IMG/VR virus record: IMGVR_UViG_3300006919_000075
Span: 1-52,768 of that record
Length of the DNA: 52,768 nt
Strand: one strand, 5' to 3'
DNA from: a virus
Lineage: Duplodnaviria > Caudoviricetes
This document shows, one piece after another, positions 1-7,376 of the stretch; positions within the stretch are counted from its first letter, which is position 1; each line of letters starts with the position of its first letter. Position numbers and translations under genes: made by a program. The notes beneath the pieces were generated by a model that was not told the origin of the DNA, did not search any database, and was given only the letters and a program-made list of their open reading frames with translations.

Positions 1-164
1 CGATATGGACTCGATATGGACTCGATATGGACTCGATATGGACTCGATATGGACTCGATATGGACTCGATATGGACTCGATATGGACTCGATATGGACTC
101 GATATGGACTCGATATGGACTCGGTTTGGACTCGGTTTGGACTCGGTTTGGACTAGATCTGGAC
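1..164. repeat. 11-bp tandem repeat (GGACTCGATAT)n, left end, degenerating to GGACTCGGTTT x3 and GGACTAGATCT
   Basis: 10 perfect units at 7-116, then variant units at 117-160; read directly from the sequence. Confidence 0.98.
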
Positions 165-166
165 AC

Positions 167-195
167 AAAAAAACCTGCAGGAGCAAACCTGCAGG
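167..195 (-). terminator. Intrinsic terminator for the leftward early operon
   Basis: Minus strand reads CCTGCAGG-tttgct-CCTGCAGG followed by T7; downstream of the minus-strand gene cluster. Confidence 0.75.
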
Positions 196-216
196 CTGAT
201 TATTGGGAGTGCCCTC

Positions 217-357
217 CTAGTGAGCTAGAACGGCGATGCTGACAGTCGACGCTATAAACACGAGGATACCAGCCACCATGCCTAGAACGTCAATTAAGCA
301 GGCCGCTAGTGTGAGCGTAAGCACGGCTTGCATCGATCTTGCGATTAGTTCAAACAT
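217..357 (-). CDS. Small hydrophobic membrane protein (46 aa; not in ORF track)
   Basis: Manual translation MFELIARSMQAVLTLTLAACLIDVLGMVAGILVFIASTVSIAVLAH; starts 5 nt after the stop of 363..1055 and ends just before the terminator. Confidence 0.6.
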   Translation of the reverse strand: MFELIARSMQAVLTLTLAACLIDVLGMVAGILVFIASTVSIAVLAH

Positions 358-362
358 AACAA

Positions 363-1055
363 TCAGGCGTTCCCTGTAGCTTTGAGAGCATTAGTTGCTT
401 GGTAACCGTGTACCGCGATCGCAATGTTTTTTGCTCCCGCGTTACTCGTGCCAGCGCATAGACGGCACTGGTCACAGGTAACGCCACGATCTGAAGGGCA
501 CCAGATTTCATCTGATGGTAGCTTGTCGCCAGCTTTTCGAGTCGTGAATGTTCTCAAACCCATTTTTTTCGCTTTGTCAGCGTTCGAGGGCTCGCAGCTT
601 GCCATCAAAAAACGACCGTATTTCCGGGCACGCTTTGGGCTCATCAAATTCCAATCGTGAAAATATCCAGTGTGGGCGATCGCGGTTTTGGCTACTTTTT
701 CGAGCTTGGAGAGCGGCAACAAGGAGGGATTACCATACGCGCCGAGACGAACATACCGCCCAGCAAATAGGGCGGAATAGTCGGCAGGCTTGGCGGAAGG
801 GCGCTTGCCTGCCCAGTATGCTTTTTGCACGGTGGTAACCGTCCGGGCTGACACGTAACAGCCTCGGTTACTCGACAGGGGACAGCCTCGGCAGACGGTT
901 TTAGAGTCGCGCCCAGTTAGGCGAGATTCGCCGCATCGCGTGGATTTGTCGACAATCCAAACTTGCGCCGCGCTACCGTCACGCGATATTTTTCGGTTTC
1001 TCGTGCCAGTGGTCGCGATAACGGCAATCGTTTTGTTCTCGTGGATGGTTCTCAT
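363..1055 (-). CDS. Cys-rich phage protein, gp88/radical-SAM-like putative Fe-S protein
   Basis: CxxCP...GCY, VRLGAYGNP and C-terminal CP...TCxxCxLC...IAxHG motifs. Confidence 0.55.
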   Translation of the reverse strand: MRTIHENKTIAVIATTGTRNRKISRDGSAAQVWIVDKSTRCGESRLTGRDSKTVCRGCPLSSNRGCYVSARTVTTVQKAYWAGKRPSAKPADYSALFAGRYVRLGAYGNPSLLPLSKLEKVAKTAIAHTGYFHDWNLMSPKRARKYGRFLMASCEPSNADKAKKMGLRTFTTRKAGDKLPSDEIWCPSDRGVTCDQCRLCAGTSNAGAKNIAIAVHGYQATNALKATGNA

Positions 1056-1064
1056 AGTTTTTGT

Positions 1065-1361
1065 TTACTTTAGTGCGGGGTGCTTCTCTTTGATTACGTA
1101 AATGTGACACTGTTTGAATTTTATCTTACGCATTGCTTGGTGTGTTCCGCGGCAGCGAAAAGATCTGATTCGGCTAATGTCACCCCGACTTCTTACCCAA
1201 CGGGCAACTGATTCTGCGTCTTGATCCTTGCACGACCAGAATGCGTAGGAAGCGCCGCCCTCTGCTCTGCCCCAACCAGACATAAAACGGTCATATCCGC
1301 CTATGATGGTCGTGTGTGTTTCGGTCTGCTCAGGCGTCCTATCATCGTGTATTTGTTTCAT
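1065..1361 (-). CDS. Hypothetical phage protein
   Basis: 98-aa ORF in tight operon with an A-rich leader; DRFMSGWG motif. Confidence 0.7.
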   Translation of the reverse strand: MKQIHDDRTPEQTETHTTIIGGYDRFMSGWGRAEGGASYAFWSCKDQDAESVARWVRSRGDISRIRSFRCRGTHQAMRKIKFKQCHIYVIKEKHPALK

Positions 1362-1440
1362 TTTCTGTTCTGTTTTTGTTTATGTGACGGGTGAAAGGGA
1401 ACGCCCAGGACGTGAGCGTTCCGTGTTCACCCGTCACTAC

Positions 1441-2046
1441 CTATTTGACGATACTCCCAGACATGATGACGAATTGCGCATCGTCGCCGTCGTTTTCGGC
1501 TTGGGTGCCCAAGGCTACCGACGCGGTGAGAGGGGAGTGACTATCCTTGATTCCGAGGGTTACCCACGCCGCTGACTTGCCCGAAGTGTCGGGCGCCTTT
1601 GATGCGTGTTTGATGGCGTAATCGGCAAGCATTTTCAGATATTTTGCATCTATACTGATAAGTGTCCTGTCGTCCTTGAAGTCTGGCACGACGTGTTTCC
1701 AGTTGGGGTAGCGTCCATCTATGGGGTCGAAGGTTGAGACAGTCGACCCGTTAGGTGTGGGCTTCGTGATTGTGTCATTGAGGAGTGCTGCACCTAAGTA
1801 TGCTTTCTTAGAGCCTGCCAGAGCTGACTCCAGGGCTCTTGTGGGTATTATGGCCTGCTGTTCGCTCTCGGTAGGGCATGGGATAGAGGCGAGAATGCGA
1901 CCGTCCGTTGCAACGGCGCGTTTGTGTTCCCCATCGATGAAAACCCCATTTAGTATGGGGCGCGTGGAGTCCTTGCTCGCGAATGCTGCAATATTGTGAT
2001 GTTGCTTGAGTTGTGTGGGCATTGGTGTGCTTTCGTTTCCGTTCAT
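1441..2046 (-). CDS. DNA polymerase III beta-clamp-like protein (partial, ~200 aa)
   Basis: RPILNGV, AVATDGRILA, IDGRYPNWKHVVP and IDAKYL match DnaN domain II/III motifs; start moved to ATG 2046 after the A-rich leader. Confidence 0.7.
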   Translation of the reverse strand: MNGNESTPMPTQLKQHHNIAAFASKDSTRPILNGVFIDGEHKRAVATDGRILASIPCPTESEQQAIIPTRALESALAGSKKAYLGAALLNDTITKPTPNGSTVSTFDPIDGRYPNWKHVVPDFKDDRTLISIDAKYLKMLADYAIKHASKAPDTSGKSAAWVTLGIKDSHSPLTASVALGTQAENDGDDAQFVIMSGSIVK

Positions 2047-2122
2047 GTTGTTTTTGTTTTTGTTTTTGCTTTGCTGGCAATTCGCCGCCTTCCGCCCTCG
2101 ACAATGCAAGGGCGGCGAGCGA

Positions 2123-2488
2123 TTAATGACCAAGCTCTCTTTTCCATGCTGCAGCAGCAGCATTTGACTGGTTGCCTAGAAGAACTAAGGCGAGCGTGTC
2201 CATTCGGTCGCGCAATTCGGGTTCCGCTAAAAAAGGATAGCTCCATAGCGAGCCACTTGAACGGTGAAATTTCACCAGTACCCATAGTAACACCGATGGG
2301 TCATTCATAAGACCACGCGGCTTTGTTCGTCTCCATTGCCCGTTACGGGAGTTGAGACAACCCGCTATCGCGGTTTCGGCTTCTGATCGTTTCGGTGTGG
2401 CAATGCCCCTAGCATGCAGCTTTCCCAAGTAGGGCATGGTTGCGGTAAGGATAGCCTCAAGAGCGAGTCTATGTGTTGTGGTTTTCAT
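2123..2488 (-). CDS. Hypothetical protein
   Basis: 121-aa ORF, 4-nt overlap with the upstream gene. Confidence 0.7.
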   Translation of the reverse strand: MKTTTHRLALEAILTATMPYLGKLHARGIATPKRSEAETAIAGCLNSRNGQWRRTKPRGLMNDPSVLLWVLVKFHRSSGSLWSYPFLAEPELRDRMDTLALVLLGNQSNAAAAAWKRELGH

Positions 2489-2796
2489 AAAAGGCTGGCT
2501 ACTTTTAGTTTGTTTAATTCCGCTTCGAGTCCGTCACCGCTCACGTGAGCGATTAAAACTCGTTCAACGGCGTTTAGTAGGTTGTCTCGCTCGTTTTCGA
2601 CTCGTTCGAGCTTTTCGTCGAGCGCCTCGATTGTGTCGAATAGGCTCTCGGCTGGCTCTCCGGAATCGGTTAGCAGATAAATATCCTGATATCGTCCGTT
2701 GATAGACCGCGCAATGCCCCCGATGTGCAACTTGCCGCTGGCGAAACGTAGGCGGCATTCGATGGGGAGAATGTTCTTAAGTTCTTCTAGTGTCAT
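2485..2796 (-). CDS. Hypothetical protein with C-terminal coiled coil
   Basis: 103-aa ORF in operon. Confidence 0.7.
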   Translation of the reverse strand: MTLEELKNILPIECRLRFASGKLHIGGIARSINGRYQDIYLLTDSGEPAESLFDTIEALDEKLERVENERDNLLNAVERVLIAHVSGDGLEAELNKLKVASLL

Positions 2797-2845
2797 AGTG
2801 TTATTGGATTTTCTGTTATTGGTTTTTCTAGTCGGCCCGCGTGGC

Positions 2846-3016
2846 CTACTTCGAAAGAGTATTAGTCGGGGCGGCGTATTCGGACGTGAGACGTTCGAGT
2901 TCCTTCTGGTCGTAATCGTCGAGAGTTCCGGCGTCTAGACTCTCATGTAGTCTGTAGATTCGCTCCATGATGTCGGATATATATTCAGGATCTGTTGTCG
3001 TTGTGTTGTGTTCCAT
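2846..3016 (-). CDS. Small hypothetical protein (MEHNTTTT..., 56 aa), first early gene
   Basis: 3' part of track ORF 2846..3430; ATG at 3016 preceded by an AC-rich leader like its neighbours. Confidence 0.55.
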   Translation of the reverse strand: MEHNTTTTDPEYISDIMERIYRLHESLDAGTLDDYDQKELERLTSEYAAPTNTLSK

Positions 3017-3568
3017 GTTTGTCTTTCGTTTGTTGTCTCGTTGTTGTTGTTGGTATGTTCGCCAATTCCGCCGTCCCGACAGGACACATATCCTAGCACA
3101 CTCCGGAGGCGTCACCGTCGATTTCTCTACCGTGTTCCCGTGAGTAGGCCACATTCCGCCCAAAAAGGCCGAATTCAGGGCGATCTGGCGCGACGTCCGG
3201 ACCAAGCGCAAGGACAACTCGGCGGCGAGCCATAAGTCGTTGCCTATCAGGCACTTTCCGGAAATGCGACGCCAATTAAATACAACAAATCTTGTGCGAG
3301 TACCGGATCGCCCAACCTGGCTTAAGTCGTTGGCGTGGTGGCGTTTGCGGATTTGTTGCAAATCGTTTGCAGAGCAGCTTTGACTGGTGGGCTCAAAAAA
3401 AGAGGGTGGGGGAGTGCCTAAGACACCCATTGGACATGCAATGTCCCACCCCCCTCTTTTGGGGTAACCATATTATATACATGGGGCGTGAGATTTTTTG
3501 GAAAATTTCGGATCGAGGTCAAAGATCTGTTTGACACATCTCCTCTTCTGTGAAATATTCTTGTCGAA

Positions 3569-3793
3569 ATGAGCCACCTCAAGCCTGACTTTGACCCTGA
3601 TCTCCAACCCGCAGACGCGTCCTCCGGAATGCCCAGAGGACTCAATGTCTCGGAGTTCAACCGAGCGTTCCGCAAGTGGGAACGGGAGAAGGAAATAGAC
3701 CTTGGACCGACTTCGTGGGGCTCGCGAAACCGGTCCTCAAAGTCTTCGTCACCAGTTTGTGATGAAGGGACTGAGCTAAAAAAAACAGTCTAA
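3569..3793 (+). CDS. Hypothetical protein
   Basis: 74-aa ORF just downstream of TTGACA at 3531. Confidence 0.5.
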   Translation: MSHLKPDFDPDLQPADASSGMPRGLNVSEFNRAFRKWEREKEIDLGPTSWGSRNRSSKSSSPVCDEGTELKKTV

Positions 3794-3803
3794 ATACAAC
3801 GCC

Positions 3804-3854
3804 GGGAGCGAGCGACGTTCACGACTGATCATTCGATCAGAGACGCTCGCTCCC
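3804..3854 (+). promoter_or_regulatory. Stem-loop in the 5' leader of the HNH gene
   Basis: GGGAGCGAGCG (3804-14) pairs with CGCTCGCTCCC (3844-54); inner CTGATC-attc-GATCAG. Confidence 0.6.
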
Positions 3855-3879
3855 AATCACCACCAAGCCGGAAAAAACT

Positions 3880-4440
3880 ATGAGCTTCATTCACGTCCAC
3901 ACTCGAAACTACACTTACGTCCCATTAACTCAGGGACACTTCGCGGTTGTCGATCTCGGCGATTTACCGGAAATCAATTTAAGGTCGTGGTCAGCCTATA
4001 CCACTCCTCACGGCCAAGTAAGAGCCCAAGGAAACTTCAGGCGTCCCGATGGCAGCTACCGGAGCATTGACATGGGACGATCGCTCATTCGCCCGACTCG
4101 GGGCAGGGTAGTTGACCACATCAACAGAAACCCGCTGGACAACCGAAGATCAAATCTCCGGGCGATCACTCACCAACAAAACCTTTCCAACCAAGGTCTT
4201 CGAAAAGACGCTCGTCCCGGAAGGCGAGCGAAGACATCTAAATTCAAAGGAGTATCCTTCATCCGGAGAGCCTCAGTCTTAACCAAGCCATGGGTGGCCA
4301 GATTTCTACACAAGTATAAGAGACACGAGATCGGGACTTTCGCCACTGAGCGCGAAGCCGCTCTTGCCTACGATAGGGCAGTCGTTAAGGCGAAAGGCAA
4401 GTTTGCGGTAACCAATAAGTCACTCGGGTTGCTGCGTTAA
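3880..4440 (+). CDS. HNH homing endonuclease with AP2 DNA-binding domain
   Basis: VDHINRNPLDNRRSNLR (HNH_3); SKFKGV...WVA...IGTFATEREAALAYD (AP2). Confidence 0.9.
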   Translation: MSFIHVHTRNYTYVPLTQGHFAVVDLGDLPEINLRSWSAYTTPHGQVRAQGNFRRPDGSYRSIDMGRSLIRPTRGRVVDHINRNPLDNRRSNLRAITHQQNLSNQGLRKDARPGRRAKTSKFKGVSFIRRASVLTKPWVARFLHKYKRHEIGTFATEREAALAYDRAVVKAKGKFAVTNKSLGLLR

Positions 4441-4455
4441 CAGATCGAATAGCCT

Positions 4456-4878
4456 ATGAACCCAACCCCATCAGTTAGCCTCATCCCGCTCTACGGCGGA
4501 CGCACCGCGTGGCACCTCGACACGGACTACCCGCTCCAATGGTCCCATGGCATGAATCGCTTTCGATTCACGATCCCAAAGGGCTTCACTTTCGACGGCG
4601 CGAGCATCCCTTGGTTTTTGCCCTTTGGACGTGGCAGGCTGGGGCTTGTTGCCCCGTTGGTTCACGATTACCTGATTGCGATGGGCGGAGTGGTCGACGT
4701 TGAGATCTCCCTGTGCGACGGATGGTATTTCCTGGGCGAGCGGCAATTCTCCCGCCGAGATGCTGACAGACTCTTTTTCCGAATCCTCCGCGAGCGCGGC
4801 GTTCGACCTCGATGGTTACGTCGGTGGGCGTTTCGATTCGTCCGGCTCTGGAGCTTAATCAGGGGAGACTTTTACTAG
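4456..4878 (+). CDS. DUF1353 family protein
   Basis: IPKGFTFDGASIPW, VHDYL and RRDADRLF motifs. Confidence 0.85.
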   Translation: MNPTPSVSLIPLYGGRTAWHLDTDYPLQWSHGMNRFRFTIPKGFTFDGASIPWFLPFGRGRLGLVAPLVHDYLIAMGGVVDVEISLCDGWYFLGERQFSRRDADRLFFRILRERGVRPRWLRRWAFRFVRLWSLIRGDFY

Positions 4879-4931
4879 GGCGATGAGTATTCGCCCGAAC
4901 ACATAAACCACAAGTATAGGAACAAACACAT

Positions 4932-5279
4932 ATGAATACAGACGAACTAACACTCGGACAGATCAAAGAAATCAAGAGCCTTCTCGGCCATACAACCGCA
5001 GCGGATAGCCATCCCTTCGAGGTTGGCAAACCCTACATGCTACGGACGGTAACCCACATCGACGTGGGGCGGATCAAGGCCGTTTACCAAACCGAAATCG
5101 TCCTCACCGATGCGGCATGGGTGGCTGATACCGGACGATTCAGCGAGCAATGGGATAAAAGCGGCGACGATGCTTTTAGTGAGTTGGAAATGTTCCCACG
5201 CGATCAAGATGTGATTGTCGGTCGGGGCGCTCTGATCGACGCGACTCAGCTTAAAGAGCTTCCAACAAAGACGAAGTAA
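4932..5279 (+). CDS. Small beta-rich protein, putative Sm/LSm-like fold (possibly DUF6948-related)
   Basis: GRIKAVYQTEIVLTDA resembles Sm1; DVIVGRGALIDA resembles Sm2; sits immediately upstream of the Ser-X array. Confidence 0.5.
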   Translation: MNTDELTLGQIKEIKSLLGHTTAADSHPFEVGKPYMLRTVTHIDVGRIKAVYQTEIVLTDAAWVADTGRFSEQWDKSGDDAFSELEMFPRDQDVIVGRGALIDATQLKELPTKTK

Positions 5280-5284
5280 GCATC

Positions 5285-5326
5285 CTCCTCGCTCCAGGCA
5301 ACCATATCGTGACCTGGAGCGAGGGG
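5285..5326 (+). promoter_or_regulatory. Hairpin sequestering the likely RBS of the first array peptide
   Basis: CCTCGCTCCAGG (5287-98) and CCTGGAGCGAGG (5313-24) form a perfect 12-bp inverted repeat; GAGGGG lies in the 3' arm, ATG at 5336. Confidence 0.65.
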
Positions 5327-5335
5327 CATCCGCCT

Positions 5336-5584
5336 ATGAACGCCACATTATTGCGATCCGGTCATGTCCATATCCAGAGCGGGAGCAGGAGCAAAAGCTG
5401 TATCAGGAGCTGGAGCTGTAGCAGTAGCAGGAGCAGGAGCAGTAGCTGGAGCAGGAGCAAAAGCTGGAGCGGGAGCAGGAGCTGGAGCTGTATCAGGAGC
5501 AGGAGCTGTAGCAGGATCCGTAGCAAAAGCAGGAGCTGTATCAGGAGCTGGAGCAGTAGCTGGAGCTGGAGCAGGATCATATGA
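5336..5584 (+). CDS. Ser-X repeat microprotein 1 (82 aa, MNATLLRSGHVHIQ...)
   Basis: Conserved leader plus SR/SW/SC dipeptides; ATGA-coupled to the next unit. Confidence 0.75.
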   Translation: MNATLLRSGHVHIQSGSRSKSCIRSWSCSSSRSRSSSWSRSKSWSGSRSWSCIRSRSCSRIRSKSRSCIRSWSSSWSWSRII

Positions 5585-5859
5585 ACGCAACATTATTGAG
5601 AGCCGGTTATGTCCAGAGCAGATTCAGTAGCAGTAGCTGGAGCGGGAGCTGTAGCAGGAGCAGGAGCTGTAGTATGAGCTGGACCTGGAGCAGGAGCTGT
5701 ATCTGGAGCAGGAGCTGTATCAGGAGCTGGAGCTGTAGCAGGAGCTGGAGCTGGAGCAGGAGCAAAAGCTGGAGCGGGAGCAGGAGCTGGAGCTGTATCA
5801 GGAGCAGGAGCTGTATCAGGAGCAGGAGCAATAGCTGTAGCTGGAGCAGGATCATATGA
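5581..5859 (+). CDS. Ser-X repeat microprotein 2 (92 aa)
   Basis: MNATLLRAGYVQ leader; ATGA overlaps at both ends. Confidence 0.78.
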   Translation: MNATLLRAGYVQSRFSSSSWSGSCSRSRSCSMSWTWSRSCIWSRSCIRSWSCSRSWSWSRSKSWSGSRSWSCIRSRSCIRSRSNSCSWSRII

Positions 5860-6080
5860 ACGCAACATTATTGAGAGCCGGTTATGTCCAGAGCAGATTC
5901 AGTAGCAGTAGCAGTAGCAGGAGCAGTAGCAGTAGCAGGAGCAGTAGCAGTAGCAGTAGCAGGAGCAGTAGCAGTAGCAGGAGCAGGAGCTGTAGCAGGA
6001 GCGGGAGCTGGAGCTGGAGCAGGAGCTGTATCAGGAGCTGGAGCAGGAGCGGGAGCTGGAGCTGGAGCAGGATCATATGA
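5856..6080 (+). CDS. Ser-X repeat microprotein 3 (74 aa)
   Basis: MNATLLRAGYVQ leader; poly-Ser/SR tail. Confidence 0.78.
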   Translation: MNATLLRAGYVQSRFSSSSSSRSSSSSRSSSSSSSRSSSSSRSRSCSRSGSWSWSRSCIRSWSRSGSWSWSRII

Positions 6081-6247
6081 ACGCCACATTATTGAGAGCC
6101 GGTTATGTCCAGAGCAGATTCAGTAGCAGTAGCAGGAGCAGGAGCTGGAGCAGGAGCTGTATCTGGAGCAGGAGCTGTATCTGGAGCAGGAGCTGGAGCT
6201 GTAGCAGGAGCTGGAGCTGGAGCAGGAGCAGGAGCAGGAGCATATGA
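6077..6247 (+). CDS. Ser-X repeat microprotein 4 (56 aa; not in ORF track)
   Basis: Manual translation MNATLLRAGYVQSRFSSSSRSRSWSRSCIWSRSCIW...SRSI. Confidence 0.78.
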   Translation: MNATLLRAGYVQSRFSSSSRSRSWSRSCIWSRSCIWSRSWSCSRSWSWSRSRSRSI

Positions 6248-6456
6248 ACGCCACATTATTGCGATCCGGTTATGTCCAGAGCAGGAGCTGTAGTATGAGC
6301 TGGACCTGGAGCAGGAGCTGTATCTGGAGCAGGAGCTGTATCAGGAGCTGGAGCTGTAGCAGGAGCTGTAGCAGGAGCTGGAGCTGGAGCAGGAGCAGGA
6401 GCAGGAGCTGTAGCAGGAGCTGGAGCAGGAGCTGGAGCAGGAGTAGGAGCATATGA
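6244..6456 (+). CDS. Ser-X repeat microprotein 5 (70 aa)
   Basis: MNATLLRSGYVQ leader; ATGA coupling. Confidence 0.78.
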   Translation: MNATLLRSGYVQSRSCSMSWTWSRSCIWSRSCIRSWSCSRSCSRSWSWSRSRSRSCSRSWSRSWSRSRSI

Positions 6457-6647
6457 ACGCCACATTATTGCGATCCGGTTATGTCCAGAGCAGTAGCTGT
6501 AGCTGTAGCAGGAGCAGGAGCTGTAGTATGAGCTGGACCTGGAGCAGGAGCTGTATCTGGAGCAGGAGCTGTATCTGGAGCGGGAGCTGGAGCTGGAGCT
6601 GTAGCAGGAGCTGGAGCTGGAGCAGGAGCAGGAGTAGGAGCGTATGA
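6453..6647 (+). CDS. Ser-X repeat microprotein 6 (64 aa)
   Basis: MNATLLRSGYVQ leader; ATGA coupling. Confidence 0.78.
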   Translation: MNATLLRSGYVQSSSCSCSRSRSCSMSWTWSRSCIWSRSCIWSGSWSWSCSRSWSWSRSRSRSV

Positions 6648-6850
6648 ACGCCACATTATTGAGAGCCGGTTATGTCCAGAGCGGGAGCAGGAGCTGGAGT
6701 AGGAGCAGGATGGGGCGTAGGAGCTGGAGCTGGGGCAGGAGTAGTAGAAGTAGCAGTAGCAGGAGCAGGGGCGGGAGCTACAGCGGGAGCTGGACCAGGA
6801 GCTGGATCAGGAGCTGTAGCTGGAGCTGTAGCTGGAGTAGGAGCGTATGA
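6644..6850 (+). CDS. Ser-X repeat microprotein 7 (68 aa)
   Basis: MNATLLRAGYVQ leader; ATGA coupling. Confidence 0.78.
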   Translation: MNATLLRAGYVQSGSRSWSRSRMGRRSWSWGRSSRSSSSRSRGGSYSGSWTRSWIRSCSWSCSWSRSV

Positions 6851-6969
6851 ACGCAGCCATATTGAGAGTCGGTTATGTCCAGAGCAGATTCAGTAGCTGG
6901 AGCAGTAGCTGTAGCTGTAGCAGGAGCAGGAGCTGTAGTATGAGCTGGACCTGGAGCTGGAGCGAATAG
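6847..6969 (+). CDS. Ser-X repeat microprotein 8 (40 aa; not in ORF track)
   Basis: Manual translation MNAAILRVGYVQSRFSSWSSSCSCSRSRSCSMSWTWSWSE, TAG stop. Confidence 0.72.
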   Translation: MNAAILRVGYVQSRFSSWSSSCSCSRSRSCSMSWTWSWSE

Positions 6970-7001
6970 GAGCTGATAACCGAAGTCACTATCTAACGAT
7001 T

Positions 7002-7118
7002 ATGCCAAAACCAAACCGAGAAGGAGAGACATACGACGAAGCCGAGGCGCGCAAGGCCAAACGGCGGCGGGTTTGGGCCTACAAGATGATGAAGATTCGA
7101 AAGGAAAATGCGAAATGA
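7002..7118 (+). CDS. Small basic protein (38 aa; not in ORF track)
   Basis: MPKPNREGETYDEAEARKAKRRRVWAYKMMKIRKENAK; ATGA overlap with the ATG at 7115. Confidence 0.5.
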   Translation: MPKPNREGETYDEAEARKAKRRRVWAYKMMKIRKENAK

Positions 7119-7375
7119 GAAGAACTGGCCCCACAGACGAACAGATCATTCAAGCGTTCAAAGGGACCGACTTCGGGCCAGAAATCAACGAGTCTGTGAG
7201 CAATAAAAAGCTCCTGATTGCTGCCGCTCTCTTCAAACGAGTTTGTGATTACGGCGATGGCAGCACTATTACTCGTATTATTGAAGACCTTGGGCTAGTC
7301 AGCGCAAGGAGTGGTTGCCCGTTTATTTTTGCTCTGAGATGGGCGTATCGAATTCTGATTCCACCAAACTATTGA
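7115..7375 (+). CDS. Hypothetical protein
   Basis: MRRTGPTDEQII...; start inferred from the ATGA overlap. Confidence 0.65.
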   Translation: MRRTGPTDEQIIQAFKGTDFGPEINESVSNKKLLIAAALFKRVCDYGDGSTITRIIEDLGLVSARSGCPFIFALRWAYRILIPPNY

Positions 7376-7376
7376 A

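Noticed and set aside
5-242. MDSIWTRYGLD repeat ORFs
   Set aside because: By-product of a stop-free 11-bp repeat at the contig edge
2846-3430. 194-aa version of the ORF
   Set aside because: The 5' extension crosses the regulatory divergence region; only 2846-3016 looks coding
5364-6896. Silk-like (GA)n ORFs MSRA...YERHIIESRLCPEQ in another plus frame
   Set aside because: Broken by early stops in units carrying GTATGA and lacking a start in units 9, 10 and 13; best explained as shadows of the Ser frame, though not excluded
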